A stretch of DNA of 64,000 nucleotides from a virus (taxonomy: Duplodnaviria > Caudoviricetes). Within the stretch, counting starts at the first letter, position 1. Every line of letters starts with the position of its first letter. The position numbers and the translations under genes are program-made. The stretch spans positions 1 to 64,000 of the IMG/VR virus record IMGVR_UViG_3300025708_000007; one strand, given 5' to 3'. Positions 38,137-45,519 of this stretch are shown piece by piece. Below the pieces are notes generated by a model. It saw only the letters and a list, made by a program, of their open reading frames with translations, ran no database searches and was not told the DNA's origin.

Positions 38137-39060
38137 ATGAAAAAAGATAGCAAACAAAGACTTTTCGAAGTTATGAGCAGACTTGATAAAACATTCAAGC
38201 CAAAATTGAATGAAATTTTTGGGGAAGAACCAGAAGAATTCGTCCCACACGGCACATATACTGTTTCGAATGCAGGTGGTTATGAAATTATGTTAAACGA
38301 TGCGGGTGATGCTGCCAAAGTACGTGATGCGTTTGGCTCAGACAACCCAAAAACTTCAGATTGGTTAGAAATAGAATACACGCCTGATAATGAAACTGGC
38401 GAAAGTGAACCAGTTATTGACCCAAATGGTTATAACATTCCTTTAAATCAGGTTATGAGATTACAAGAAGAAGCAAATGTTAATGAAGAACAAACCAGAC
38501 CATTATATGATATTGCTCAAGAAATCTATCAGGACTGGAGACCAGTTCATCCATATGCAAAACCATATCTTGAAGCAATGTCAACATTGAATTCAATAGA
38601 TGATAACTATATGATGGATTCAGGTAGAAGTATTGTTTCATATTTTCTTTCAAATGCAAGTCAATGGAAAGGTGAAACAGCAAAACGCATTAAAATTGAA
38701 TTGAAAAAAATGTTAGGAATGCGAGAAGGTAGTAGATTAAATGAAACTGGTGAATGGGCAGGTGATGAAGATGATATAGCATGGATAGATGCTCTCAAAT
38801 CTGAAGTACAAAAAATCGAATCAGAAACTGATGGAAAATTAAAATTGGTCGAAGTCAGGGGTTTCGATAAATATCAAGGACCTTACGCCATTGTTGATAT
38901 TGAAGGAAGAAAATACAAAATCTGGACAGTTGGTGGTGAATATGATAGCGATTTACTTTGGATTGAAAATTATCCCATTGACAATACTTCAAGTGAGGAT
39001 ATGAATGCTGGTTTTATGGGTACAACAAAAACAATTATTAATATGTTGAAACAGAACTGA
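38137..39060 (+). CDS. multidomain protein with RLFEVM leader
   Basis: MKKDSKQRLFEVMSRLDKTFKPKLNE; internal LQE/VNE/LNE junctions. Confidence 0.8.
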   Translation: MKKDSKQRLFEVMSRLDKTFKPKLNEIFGEEPEEFVPHGTYTVSNAGGYEIMLNDAGDAAKVRDAFGSDNPKTSDWLEIEYTPDNETGESEPVIDPNGYNIPLNQVMRLQEEANVNEEQTRPLYDIAQEIYQDWRPVHPYAKPYLEAMSTLNSIDDNYMMDSGRSIVSYFLSNASQWKGETAKRIKIELKKMLGMREGSRLNETGEWAGDEDDIAWIDALKSEVQKIESETDGKLKLVEVRGFDKYQGPYAIVDIEGRKYKIWTVGGEYDSDLLWIENYPIDNTSSEDMNAGFMGTTKTIINMLKQN

Positions 39061-39104
39061 TTGCAAAACTTGAAAAATTATTTTTAAAAATAATTGAAAA
39101 AAAG

Positions 39105-39135
39105 TTTGTTTATTTTGAAACATTTTTTATCTTTG
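39105..39135 (+). promoter_or_regulatory. Bacteroidota sigma-A-type promoter of tRNA operon 2
   Basis: TTTG-N19-TATCTTTG. Confidence 0.8.
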
Positions 39136-39200
39136 TATCGTATAATTGCAAAACAAATAGTATTTAAATAAAAAGTATTAACAATTAAAATTCAAAACGA

Positions 39201-39296
39201 ATGAAAAGAATGCTCGACATATCAGTAATGGCAGTAGCCTTGAACGCAGTCCTATTATGGGATGCAGTAGAGGATGCGCTATGCAAAGTCGGGTAA
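39201..39296 (+). CDS. attenuator leader peptide 2 (Val/Ala/Leu/Asp/Glu/Trp)
   Basis: MKRMLDISVMAVALNAVLLWDAVEDALCKVG; upstream of Asp/Glu/Val/Leu/Ala/Trp tRNAs. Confidence 0.8.
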   Translation: MKRMLDISVMAVALNAVLLWDAVEDALCKVG

Positions 39297-39333
39297 TTTG
39301 TATTCATATACAACCTCCTTTCTAAATGAAAAG

Positions 39334-39365
39334 ACCCGACTTCCCTACAAGCCGGGTTTTTTTTT
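39334..39365 (+). terminator. attenuator terminator 2
   Basis: ACCCGACTT-CCCTAC-AAGCCGGGT+T run; 5' arm perfectly complementary to AAGTCGGGT (39286-39294). Confidence 0.85.
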
Positions 39366-39375
39366 GAAAGGAGAA

Positions 39376-39393
39376 GTTCTTTGACATGCTGGA
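39376..39393 (+). promoter_or_regulatory. boxA-like antitermination site
   Basis: GTTCTTTGACATGCTGGA, identical at 61012-61029. Confidence 0.55.
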
Positions 39394-39398
39394 AATTT

Positions 39399-39474
39399 GG
39401 TGCTGGGGTCTGCTTGGCGTGGACGCATGACTGTCACTCATGATATCAGGAGAGTTCGAATCTCTTCAGCACCG
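39399..39474 (+). tRNA. tRNA-Asp(GTC)
   Basis: CATGA-CTGTCAC-TCATG; G73. Confidence 0.9.
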
Positions 39475-39479
39475 CATAC

Positions 39480-39597
39480 GGTCTTATAAATAATTACCCT
39501 GAGTAAATCGGGTAGCCGATGTACACGGTTTGGAACGATTCGGAAAGCAAGCATGCATTGCTCGATGAGGGGGGGTTCGAATCCCTGTAAGACCGCA
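39480..39597 (+). ncRNA. tRNA-like RNA (acceptor + T-arm, non-tRNA interior)
   Basis: GGTCTTA/TAAGACC stem, GGGTTCGAATCCC, interior hairpins. Confidence 0.55.
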
Positions 39598-39602
39598 ATT
39601 TC

Positions 39603-39672
39603 GAGGTCGTAGTTTAATGGTTAGAATGCCACCCTGTCACGATGGAGAAGGGGTTCGAATCCCACGGCTTCG
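39603..39672 (+). tRNA. tRNA-Asp(GTC), degenerate
   Basis: loop CTGTCAC; short, imperfect T-stem. Confidence 0.6.
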
Positions 39673-39726
39673 GCAAATTTTACTGTTAAAGCAGTAAAAA
39701 GTGCCATATATGATACTAAAGATAGT

Positions 39727-39819
39727 GATGACCGATGTAAAAAACTGCACGAGAAACAGACACGAGTGGGTTAAGAGTTGTTTTAATACCCGCAACGGTT
39801 GCCAGTACCCAAGGTCATC
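39727..39819 (+). ncRNA. 93-nt structured element, copy 2
   Basis: GATGACC/GGTCATC terminal stem with two compensatory changes relative to copy 1. Confidence 0.7.
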
Positions 39820-39824
39820 CAGAT

Positions 39825-39898
39825 GCTGCGTTCGGCAAGATGGTTAAGCCGTAAGACCTTCAATCTTACATGCATGGGTTCGAGTCCCATACGCAGTA
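39825..39898 (+). tRNA. tRNA-Glu(TTC)
   Basis: TAAGA-CCTTCAA-TCTTA. Confidence 0.88.
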
Positions 39899-40013
39899 CA
39901 AGTGAAATCGAAATGTCGTAAGATAGTAGTAGTTAAGTCTACCGATTTTTGTGGTTTTGAGCACGAGACGCTCATGTAATAGGGCATACACTCCCTTTCC
40001 ACCACTTACTTAT

Positions 40014-40085
40014 GCTCGATTCTTCTAACGGTAAGGAAAACTGACTCTCAATCAGTTAATGGCAGTTCAATTCTGCCATCGAGTA
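40014..40085 (+). tRNA. tRNA-Glu(CTC)
   Basis: ACTGA-CTCTCAA-TCAGT. Confidence 0.85.
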
Positions 40086-40087
40086 CA

Positions 40088-40165
40088 ATTGGTCGGCTCG
40101 TCTAATTGGTTAGGACATCACCCTTTCACGGTGAAGATTTACGGGTTCGAGTCCCATACGCAATA
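40088..40165 (+). pseudogene. tRNA-Glu(TTC) with disrupted acceptor stem
   Basis: TCACC-CTTTCAC-GGTGA intact; acceptor strands pair poorly. Confidence 0.6.
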
Positions 40166-40262
40166 CAATGTTGAGGTGGTATTACACAGAGAAAAGAAAG
40201 TCTCTGCAGAGAACCTAAAAAATAATGGCTGCATGCGGGTGAAAATCCCGTCAACGTTAAAT

Positions 40263-40334
40263 GTCCGGTTCGTCTAACGGTTAGGACACCACCCTTTCAC
40301 GGTGAAAATACGAGTTCGATTCACGTACCGGATA
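40263..40334 (+). tRNA. tRNA-Glu(TTC)
   Basis: loop CTTTCAC; acceptor GTCCGGT/ACCGGAT. Confidence 0.88.
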
Positions 40335-40374
40335 CTATAAATCGGCACTAAATTCAATTTGCTGCCGAAAATTT

Positions 40375-40448
40375 GCTTCCTTAACTCAGTCCGGGAGAGT
40401 GTCTGTTTTACATACAGAAAGTCGCAGGTTCAAACCCTGCAGGAAGCA
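40375..40448 (+). tRNA. tRNA-Val(TAC)
   Basis: TCTGT-TTTACAT-ACAGA. Confidence 0.88.
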
Positions 40449-40641
40449 CAAAATGCCAAAGACTTGGGATAACATTCTCTTAAAGGGAAACCGGAGTAGT
40501 GATAGCTTAAACGAAGGGGTTTCATAGTCAATGGTAACAGCGAAAAGATAGCCACTCAGTAACTGTTGGGTGAGTAATGTAAGGGTTAAGCATGCCGGAG
40601 CGAAAGCCGGAAGATAAGGTTCGAATCCCCCACCCCAAAAT

Positions 40642-40719
40642 GCACTCTTAGCTCAGTTGGTTCAGAGCGTGTGCCTTACAAGCACAGGGTCGGGGGTTCG
40701 AATCCCTCAGAGTGCACCA
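40642..40719 (+). tRNA. tRNA-Val(TAC)
   Basis: TGTGC-CTTACAA-GCACA; encoded CCA. Confidence 0.95.
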
Positions 40720-40795
40720 AAATGAAAAATATGCTCAAAAACAAAAAAATATTATACTTTTGAGCATATGTTAGTATTTATTGTAAATTATTATC

Positions 40796-41293
40796 ATGGA
40801 AAGCTGTATTTTTTGTGGACATAGCAATATCGTTAGGGCAGGTAAAAATAAAAGGGGTAGTCAAAGATATATTTGCAGAAAATGTGGTAAATATTTTAAC
40901 GAAAATACTGACCCAAACATTGGAGTTATATTAAATGGTAAAAAATATTGTTCTAAGTGTAAAACATTTAAGTTAGTATCGGAATTTCAATCAACAAATG
41001 GTAGATTACGTTATTGTTGTAAAAAATGTGCATCAAAATCAAGTAAAGCAAGATTCAGAAATCATAATATAACTGAATTTGAATTCGTTAATTTAATCGA
41101 TAGTCAAAAAAATATGTGTCCAATATGTGGGGATAAATTTAAATCATATAAACATGCAATTATTGACCATAATCATAAAAATGGTAAAAATAGAGAATTA
41201 TTATGTTCTAAATGTAATACGTTGTTAGGTATGTGTAATGATAATATTGATATTCTCAATAGTGCAATCAATTATTTATTAAAACACAATTAA
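40796..41293 (+). CDS. endonuclease VII-like homing endonuclease with N-terminal zinc ribbons
   Basis: CPIC...IIDHNHKNGKNRELLCSKCNTLLG. Confidence 0.82.
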   Translation: MESCIFCGHSNIVRAGKNKRGSQRYICRKCGKYFNENTDPNIGVILNGKKYCSKCKTFKLVSEFQSTNGRLRYCCKKCASKSSKARFRNHNITEFEFVNLIDSQKNMCPICGDKFKSYKHAIIDHNHKNGKNRELLCSKCNTLLGMCNDNIDILNSAINYLLKHN

Positions 41294-41350
41294 TTTATCG
41301 GTATATTTGCCTATAAAGATATATTATCGGCTCTACAACCGATAAAATTT

Positions 41351-41433
41351 CCTCAAGTGTTGTAATTGGGTAGCCAAGCCAGACTAAGAATCTGGTGTCG
41401 AAAGATGTGTGGGTTCGAGTCCCACCTTGAGGA
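41351..41433 (+). tRNA. tRNA-Leu(AAG)
   Basis: CCAGA-CTAAGAA-TCTGG; long variable arm; A73. Confidence 0.88.
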
Positions 41434-41439
41434 CAAAAT

Positions 41440-41526
41440 GCGGATGTGATGGAATGGTAGACATGATACGCTTAGAACGTATTGCGAAGTAATAGTAGCG
41501 TGGGGGTTCGAGTCCCTTCATCCGTA
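41440..41526 (+). tRNA. tRNA-Leu(TAG)
   Basis: ATACG-CTTAGAA-CGTAT; long variable arm. Confidence 0.92.
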
Positions 41527-41532
41527 CTAAAT

Positions 41533-41607
41533 GCTGGTGTAGCCGAATGGTAAAGAGGCAACTGTTTTAGAAACAGAAATTTGTGGGTTCGACTCCCACC
41601 ACCAGTA
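41533..41607 (+). tRNA. tRNA-Leu(TAG), short variable loop
   Basis: CTGT-TTTAGAA-ACAG; A73. Confidence 0.78.
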
Positions 41608-41837
41608 CAAAGATGTTAATAAATAGAGTTGAGGGGCAGTAAGAGTGGTAATGAAAAGTCCTGAGAACCACCACCAGTTTGTTAACATTGAGAGAGGCGC
41701 ATGACAGATTCGAGCAGGGATGACTGCGTAGCCTGTACCAAGTGTTCTTAAAAGTGAAGGAGTAATACCTTCAGGCGCATTATTTCGAACTGCAAAGGGG
41801 TAATGGTCGAATTACTAATAAGGTACTACTCTCATTT

Positions 41838-41911
41838 GGGGTCGTAGCTCAATTGGCAAGAGCACCTGCCTTGCACGCAGGGGGTTGAGGGTTCGAGTCC
41901 CTTCGACTCCA
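41838..41911 (+). tRNA. tRNA-Ala(TGC)
   Basis: CCTGC-CTTGCAC-GCAGG; G3:U70. Confidence 0.95.
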
Positions 41912-41914
41912 CAA

Positions 41915-41994
41915 AATGAAATACAGAAAGTCTGGGTCAAACCCCAGAGAGACGTAAAATGTCGAGAAGTGTGACGGCACGTCTGTATTTCATT
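41915..41994 (+). ncRNA. candidate 80-nt four-way-junction RNA
   Basis: perfect 13-bp closing stem AATGAAATACAGA/TCTGTATTTCATT enclosing three hairpins. Confidence 0.55.
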
Positions 41995-41998
41995 CTTT

Positions 41999-42070
41999 GG
42001 GGCAGTAACTCAACGGCTGAGTGCTTGACTTGCAATCAAGTGTATGCGGGTTCGAATCCCGTCTGCTCCA
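41999..42070 (+). tRNA. tRNA-Ala(TGC)
   Basis: CTTGA-CTTGCAA-TCAAG; G3:U70. Confidence 0.92.
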
Positions 42071-42151
42071 CAAAATTGGTTGGAATTATTCCGTCAATTC
42101 TGTAATAAGAGCGTCAACAGCTACGGCATTAACTCTTTCCAATTTTAACAT

Positions 42152-42232
42152 GACCCCTTGAATTATGCAAAATAGGCACAGCAGACAGGCTTAAACCCTG
42201 ATTCTTTGTGGGTTCGAGTCCCACAGGGGTTA
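42152..42232 (+). tRNA. tRNA-Leu(TAA), atypical D region and short variable loop
   Basis: CAGG-CTTAAAC-CCTG; GACCCCT/AGGGGTT acceptor. Confidence 0.65.
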
Positions 42233-42241
42233 CAAATTTAC

Positions 42242-42315
42242 GGCACAGTAGTCCAACTGGCAGAGATACCCGCCTCAAAAGCGGTTCAGTGTGGGTTCGA
42301 ATCCCACCTGTGCTA
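42242..42315 (+). tRNA. tRNA-Leu(CAA), short variable loop
   Basis: loop CTCAAAA; 5-nt variable loop; A73. Confidence 0.82.
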
Positions 42316-42366
42316 CAAGCACGCACACAATGAATCGAAAATAAATTTTCGAAGTATTTATGATAT

Positions 42367-43035
42367 ATGATACCACTATATACACAAACGGAATTTGATT
42401 TAGCAAAAGATAATGATAAATTACCTTGTAAATGTGTTGAATGTGGTAAAATTTTTTATAAACTGAAAAGGGTGATAAAAAGAACATTCATTGGCTACGA
42501 TAGAAACATTGGTGATTATTGTTCAAGAAGATGTGCTCGATTATCAAAAAAATCGAGTGCAGATGTTGTTTGCAGTAATTGTGGAAAATCTTTCAATAAA
42601 GTAAAAAGTCAAATTAAAAGAAGCAAAAATCATTTTTGTTCTAAATCATGTTCTGCAATTTATAATAACGTCCATAAAAAACATGGAACACGAAAATCCA
42701 AACTTGAAAAATGGTTGGAATATAATCTCACCAAAATATACCCAGACTTAAATTTTCATTTTAATTGCAAAGACACCATTAATTCAGAACTTGATATTTA
42801 TATTCCATCATTAAAATTAGCTTTTGAATTAAATGGAATATACCATTACGAACCAATATATGGTGAGGATAAACTTCAACAAATTCAAAGCAATGATAAT
42901 CGTAAATTTCAAGCCTGTTTGGAAAAAGGTATCGAACTATGTATTATTGATACTTCACAACAAAAATATTTTAAAGAACAAACATCACAAAAATATTTAA
43001 AAATCGTACAAGAAATAATAAACACACATCGGTAG
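42367..43035 (+). CDS. zinc-finger + PD-(D/E)xK/Vsr-like putative homing endonuclease
   Basis: CVEC, CSRRC, CSNC, CSKSC; ELDIYIPSLKLAFELNG. Confidence 0.75.
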   Translation: MIPLYTQTEFDLAKDNDKLPCKCVECGKIFYKLKRVIKRTFIGYDRNIGDYCSRRCARLSKKSSADVVCSNCGKSFNKVKSQIKRSKNHFCSKSCSAIYNNVHKKHGTRKSKLEKWLEYNLTKIYPDLNFHFNCKDTINSELDIYIPSLKLAFELNGIYHYEPIYGEDKLQQIQSNDNRKFQACLEKGIELCIIDTSQQKYFKEQTSQKYLKIVQEIINTHR

Positions 43036-43097
43036 TTCAGTGGTAGAACGTTGGTCTCCAAAACCAAATGTCGGGTGTTCGAATCGCCCCCGGTGTG
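43026..43097 (+). tRNA. tRNA-Trp(CCA)
   Basis: TTGGT-CTCCAAA-ACCAA. Confidence 0.92.
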
Positions 43098-43103
43098 CTA
43101 AAT

Positions 43104-43178
43104 GTGTCTGTCGTCTAATGGCTAAGATATTGGCTTCCAAACCCAAGGATGAAGGTTCGAGTCCTTCCAGACATGCCA
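43104..43178 (+). tRNA. tRNA-Trp(CCA)
   Basis: loop TTCCAAA; encoded CCA. Confidence 0.85.
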
Positions 43179-43212
43179 AAACACGGAATAAAACCGTGCC
43201 AATTTTCGTAAT

Positions 43213-43335
43213 GAAACGGTGAAAAAATCGCAGGTGCGAGGCACAATCACCGTTGGAGTCCAAATCCGACACAGATACCACTGAGGGCAGAAGTGTACCC
43301 AAGAGCAATATCAGTTAGTGGTTCGTCACCGTTTC
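43213..43335 (+). ncRNA. candidate 123-nt structured RNA
   Basis: GAAACGGTGA/TCACCGTTTC 10-bp closing stem; internal ACCACTGA/TTAGTGGT stem. Confidence 0.45.
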
Positions 43336-43400
43336 AGAAAGTTTCAGTATTTTGTAACATTTTCAAATTTATTTCGTATAATCATTAAAAAGAAAGGAGC

Positions 43401-43624
43401 ATGCCTTCAAAATAACATTTAAATATCGCAAGACTTGGTGGTGGAGATTTGTACATTACAATTATTTTCACAAGCAATTGTTCAGAAAATATTATGTGCA
43501 AAGAAAAAGAGCACTTACCGAAAAGGAAATCAAGAAGTATAAACGATATCAGAAAATCGATGACTTGATAACTTTAAGAAAAGTAGATTGGTTGCGAGAA
43601 TTTATATGGCGATTAGAACCATAA
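43401..43624 (+). pseudogene. basic protein gene interrupted by a 1-nt frameshift
   Basis: ATG CCT TCA AAA TAA; one extra A in the run at 43409-43412 joins it to a ~70-codon start-less frame (…ITFKYRKTWWWRF…). Confidence 0.4.
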
Positions 43625-43653
43625 TTTTGTATTTATTGATAAAAGTGAAAATT

Positions 43654-44085
43654 ATGAAAAAAATATTGTTTCTTTTAACTCTGGTGATTATTGCAATGTT
43701 TTTGATGTCACAGACACAAACAACAAGGCAGAAAGAAGTTTATTATCAGGATAAATTTGCTGAAATCATCAAAGGCAGCACAAGCGTTACATTATGGGAT
43801 AAAACTGAAGTCGATATTCTTACCGACACATTTGCAATCGAAGTTGATTTTTCTGAGAAATGGGCAGAAAGCATAGGTCAGTCATTATATTATGCTGAAA
43901 TGACAAATCGTAAAGCAGGTGTTTTACTTGTTGTAAATAGTAATCTCGATGAAAGATTTATCAGAAGACTAATGACCGTTGCTATGAGAAAAGACATTAC
44001 TGTTTGGTTAATGGACTATACCACAGAAAAATGGTGCAAAGTTGATAGATTTGTTGAATATTCTTATTCATACGAATTTAAATAA
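43654..44085 (+). CDS. secreted/membrane-anchored protein with PD-(D/E)xK-like motif
   Basis: signal-like N-terminus; EVDILTDTFAIEVDFSEKWAESIGQSLYY. Confidence 0.6.
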   Translation: MKKILFLLTLVIIAMFLMSQTQTTRQKEVYYQDKFAEIIKGSTSVTLWDKTEVDILTDTFAIEVDFSEKWAESIGQSLYYAEMTNRKAGVLLVVNSNLDERFIRRLMTVAMRKDITVWLMDYTTEKWCKVDRFVEYSYSYEFK

Positions 44086-44126
44086 CACTTGTTTGTTTCA
44101 GAAAAAAGAATTAAATTTGTCACCCT

Positions 44127-44861
44127 ATGTATATCATTGCAAAGAAAAAGGACTATTATGATGGCGTTGCTGGAAGTACTGGCATTGACAAAACCATTGT
44201 TTATGACCGTCAAATAGTTGAACTTGAAAGGGACGAAATACCCACTGAGTTCAGGAAAAGGGGTTATTATACTAAAGAAAACAACCCATTATATCTTTTA
44301 AGCAATGCCAGCATAAAAAAAGAATATCAGGAAACATATCCAAAAGGTGCATATTTCATTATTGGATTTTGTGGTAAACTTTATCTGGGGTGGAAATTCT
44401 ATAGTTTCAAAAAGAATTGTGAGTATAATGATTATGAAAACATTAATACTTTAATAACATACGATTTGGACTATATTAAAGAAATCCTTGAAGAAAAAAC
44501 TTGGTATGGTGTCACTGCTGACCAAATCGAAAGTGTATTAAATTTTAATGCAACGGATTGGTTCAGAAAATTTAATGCTCCTTGTTTTGTTTACGATTAT
44601 GATTATGGCAGAACACACCTTGATGAAAAATATTGGAGAAGTGATAATGTTTCAAAATTTATAATCAATCCTCTTTTAAAAGACTACGAATTTTATAAAG
44701 TATTTGATTCATTTCAAGCATTTCAGGAAGTTTCGATGTTCATAGGCGGTGTACTTGGCAAGGAAGAAAAAGATATTGTAGAAGTTGCGGATAAATATAA
44801 AATTGCGCAACATGGTTTTGATAAATGGAGTTTCAGAAAAATGCCAAAAAATGAAAAATAG
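44127..44861 (+). CDS. conserved phage hypothetical protein
   Basis: KKDYYD N-terminus and KIAQHGFDKWSFRK C-terminus. Confidence 0.75.
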   Translation: MYIIAKKKDYYDGVAGSTGIDKTIVYDRQIVELERDEIPTEFRKRGYYTKENNPLYLLSNASIKKEYQETYPKGAYFIIGFCGKLYLGWKFYSFKKNCEYNDYENINTLITYDLDYIKEILEEKTWYGVTADQIESVLNFNATDWFRKFNAPCFVYDYDYGRTHLDEKYWRSDNVSKFIINPLLKDYEFYKVFDSFQAFQEVSMFIGGVLGKEEKDIVEVADKYKIAQHGFDKWSFRKMPKNEK

Positions 44862-45051
44862 TGTTACGGATGAAAATGATAATCCAATTGGATTGATGGA
44901 ACAAATAAGAAAGCAATCTGAAGAGAACAAAAAAATTGAAATTAATCTCGAAGAAAAATTAAGTGAGCCTTGGAAAAAACCCAATATTGACACAATATAT
45001 GGTGGAATTGAATTTATTGAAAAATTTAATGAAGAGTTAAATGAAACATAA
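44851..45051 (+). CDS. hypothetical protein
   Basis: 66-aa ORF overlapping the upstream stop. Confidence 0.55.
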   Translation: MKNSVTDENDNPIGLMEQIRKQSEENKKIEINLEEKLSEPWKKPNIDTIYGGIEFIEKFNEELNET

Positions 45052-45121
45052 TTGAAGACTTTATTCATGAAGTCAGATACAGTATTTCTTTAATGGATGG
45101 TACGCATCCTTGACGTTCTTT

Positions 45122-45494
45122 GGGGCAGTTTGGTTTTGACAGCATGCTTGAATGGTATGTAAGCAAGTCGTAGTTTGAGCAACACTACGTAAAAACAGGT
45201 TCAAAACAATAAATGCAGAGGATATAATGTCCATTCCTACTTCTCTAACGAGAGGTCGCTTATTTGTAGAGAGTGCTGAACTCGCAATGGTAGCGTAAGG
45301 AAGCAGCAAACGCAGCAAAAACCTTCCAAATAAACCCATCTCGATGGAACTTGTTATTTTAACAGAGAGATAAGGAAGTAAAATAAAACAGTGGATAAAA
45401 AATAAATGTTTTGCTGATTTAGAAAAATCAGATAAACTTGTAGAAAACGTATTGGGCACATGACTGCACACGGGTTCGAATCCCGTCTGCTCCA
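45122..45494 (+). ncRNA. ssrA: tmRNA
   Basis: 5' GGGGCAGTTTGGTTTTGACAGC, 3' GGGTTCGAATCCCGTCTGCTCCA, G3:U70; resume GCA at 45215 after ATAAAT; tag AEDIMSIPTSLTRGRLFVESAELAMVA* to 45298. Confidence 0.92.
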
Positions 45495-45519
45495 CTAAAA
45501 CATTTAAAACATTGAAATT

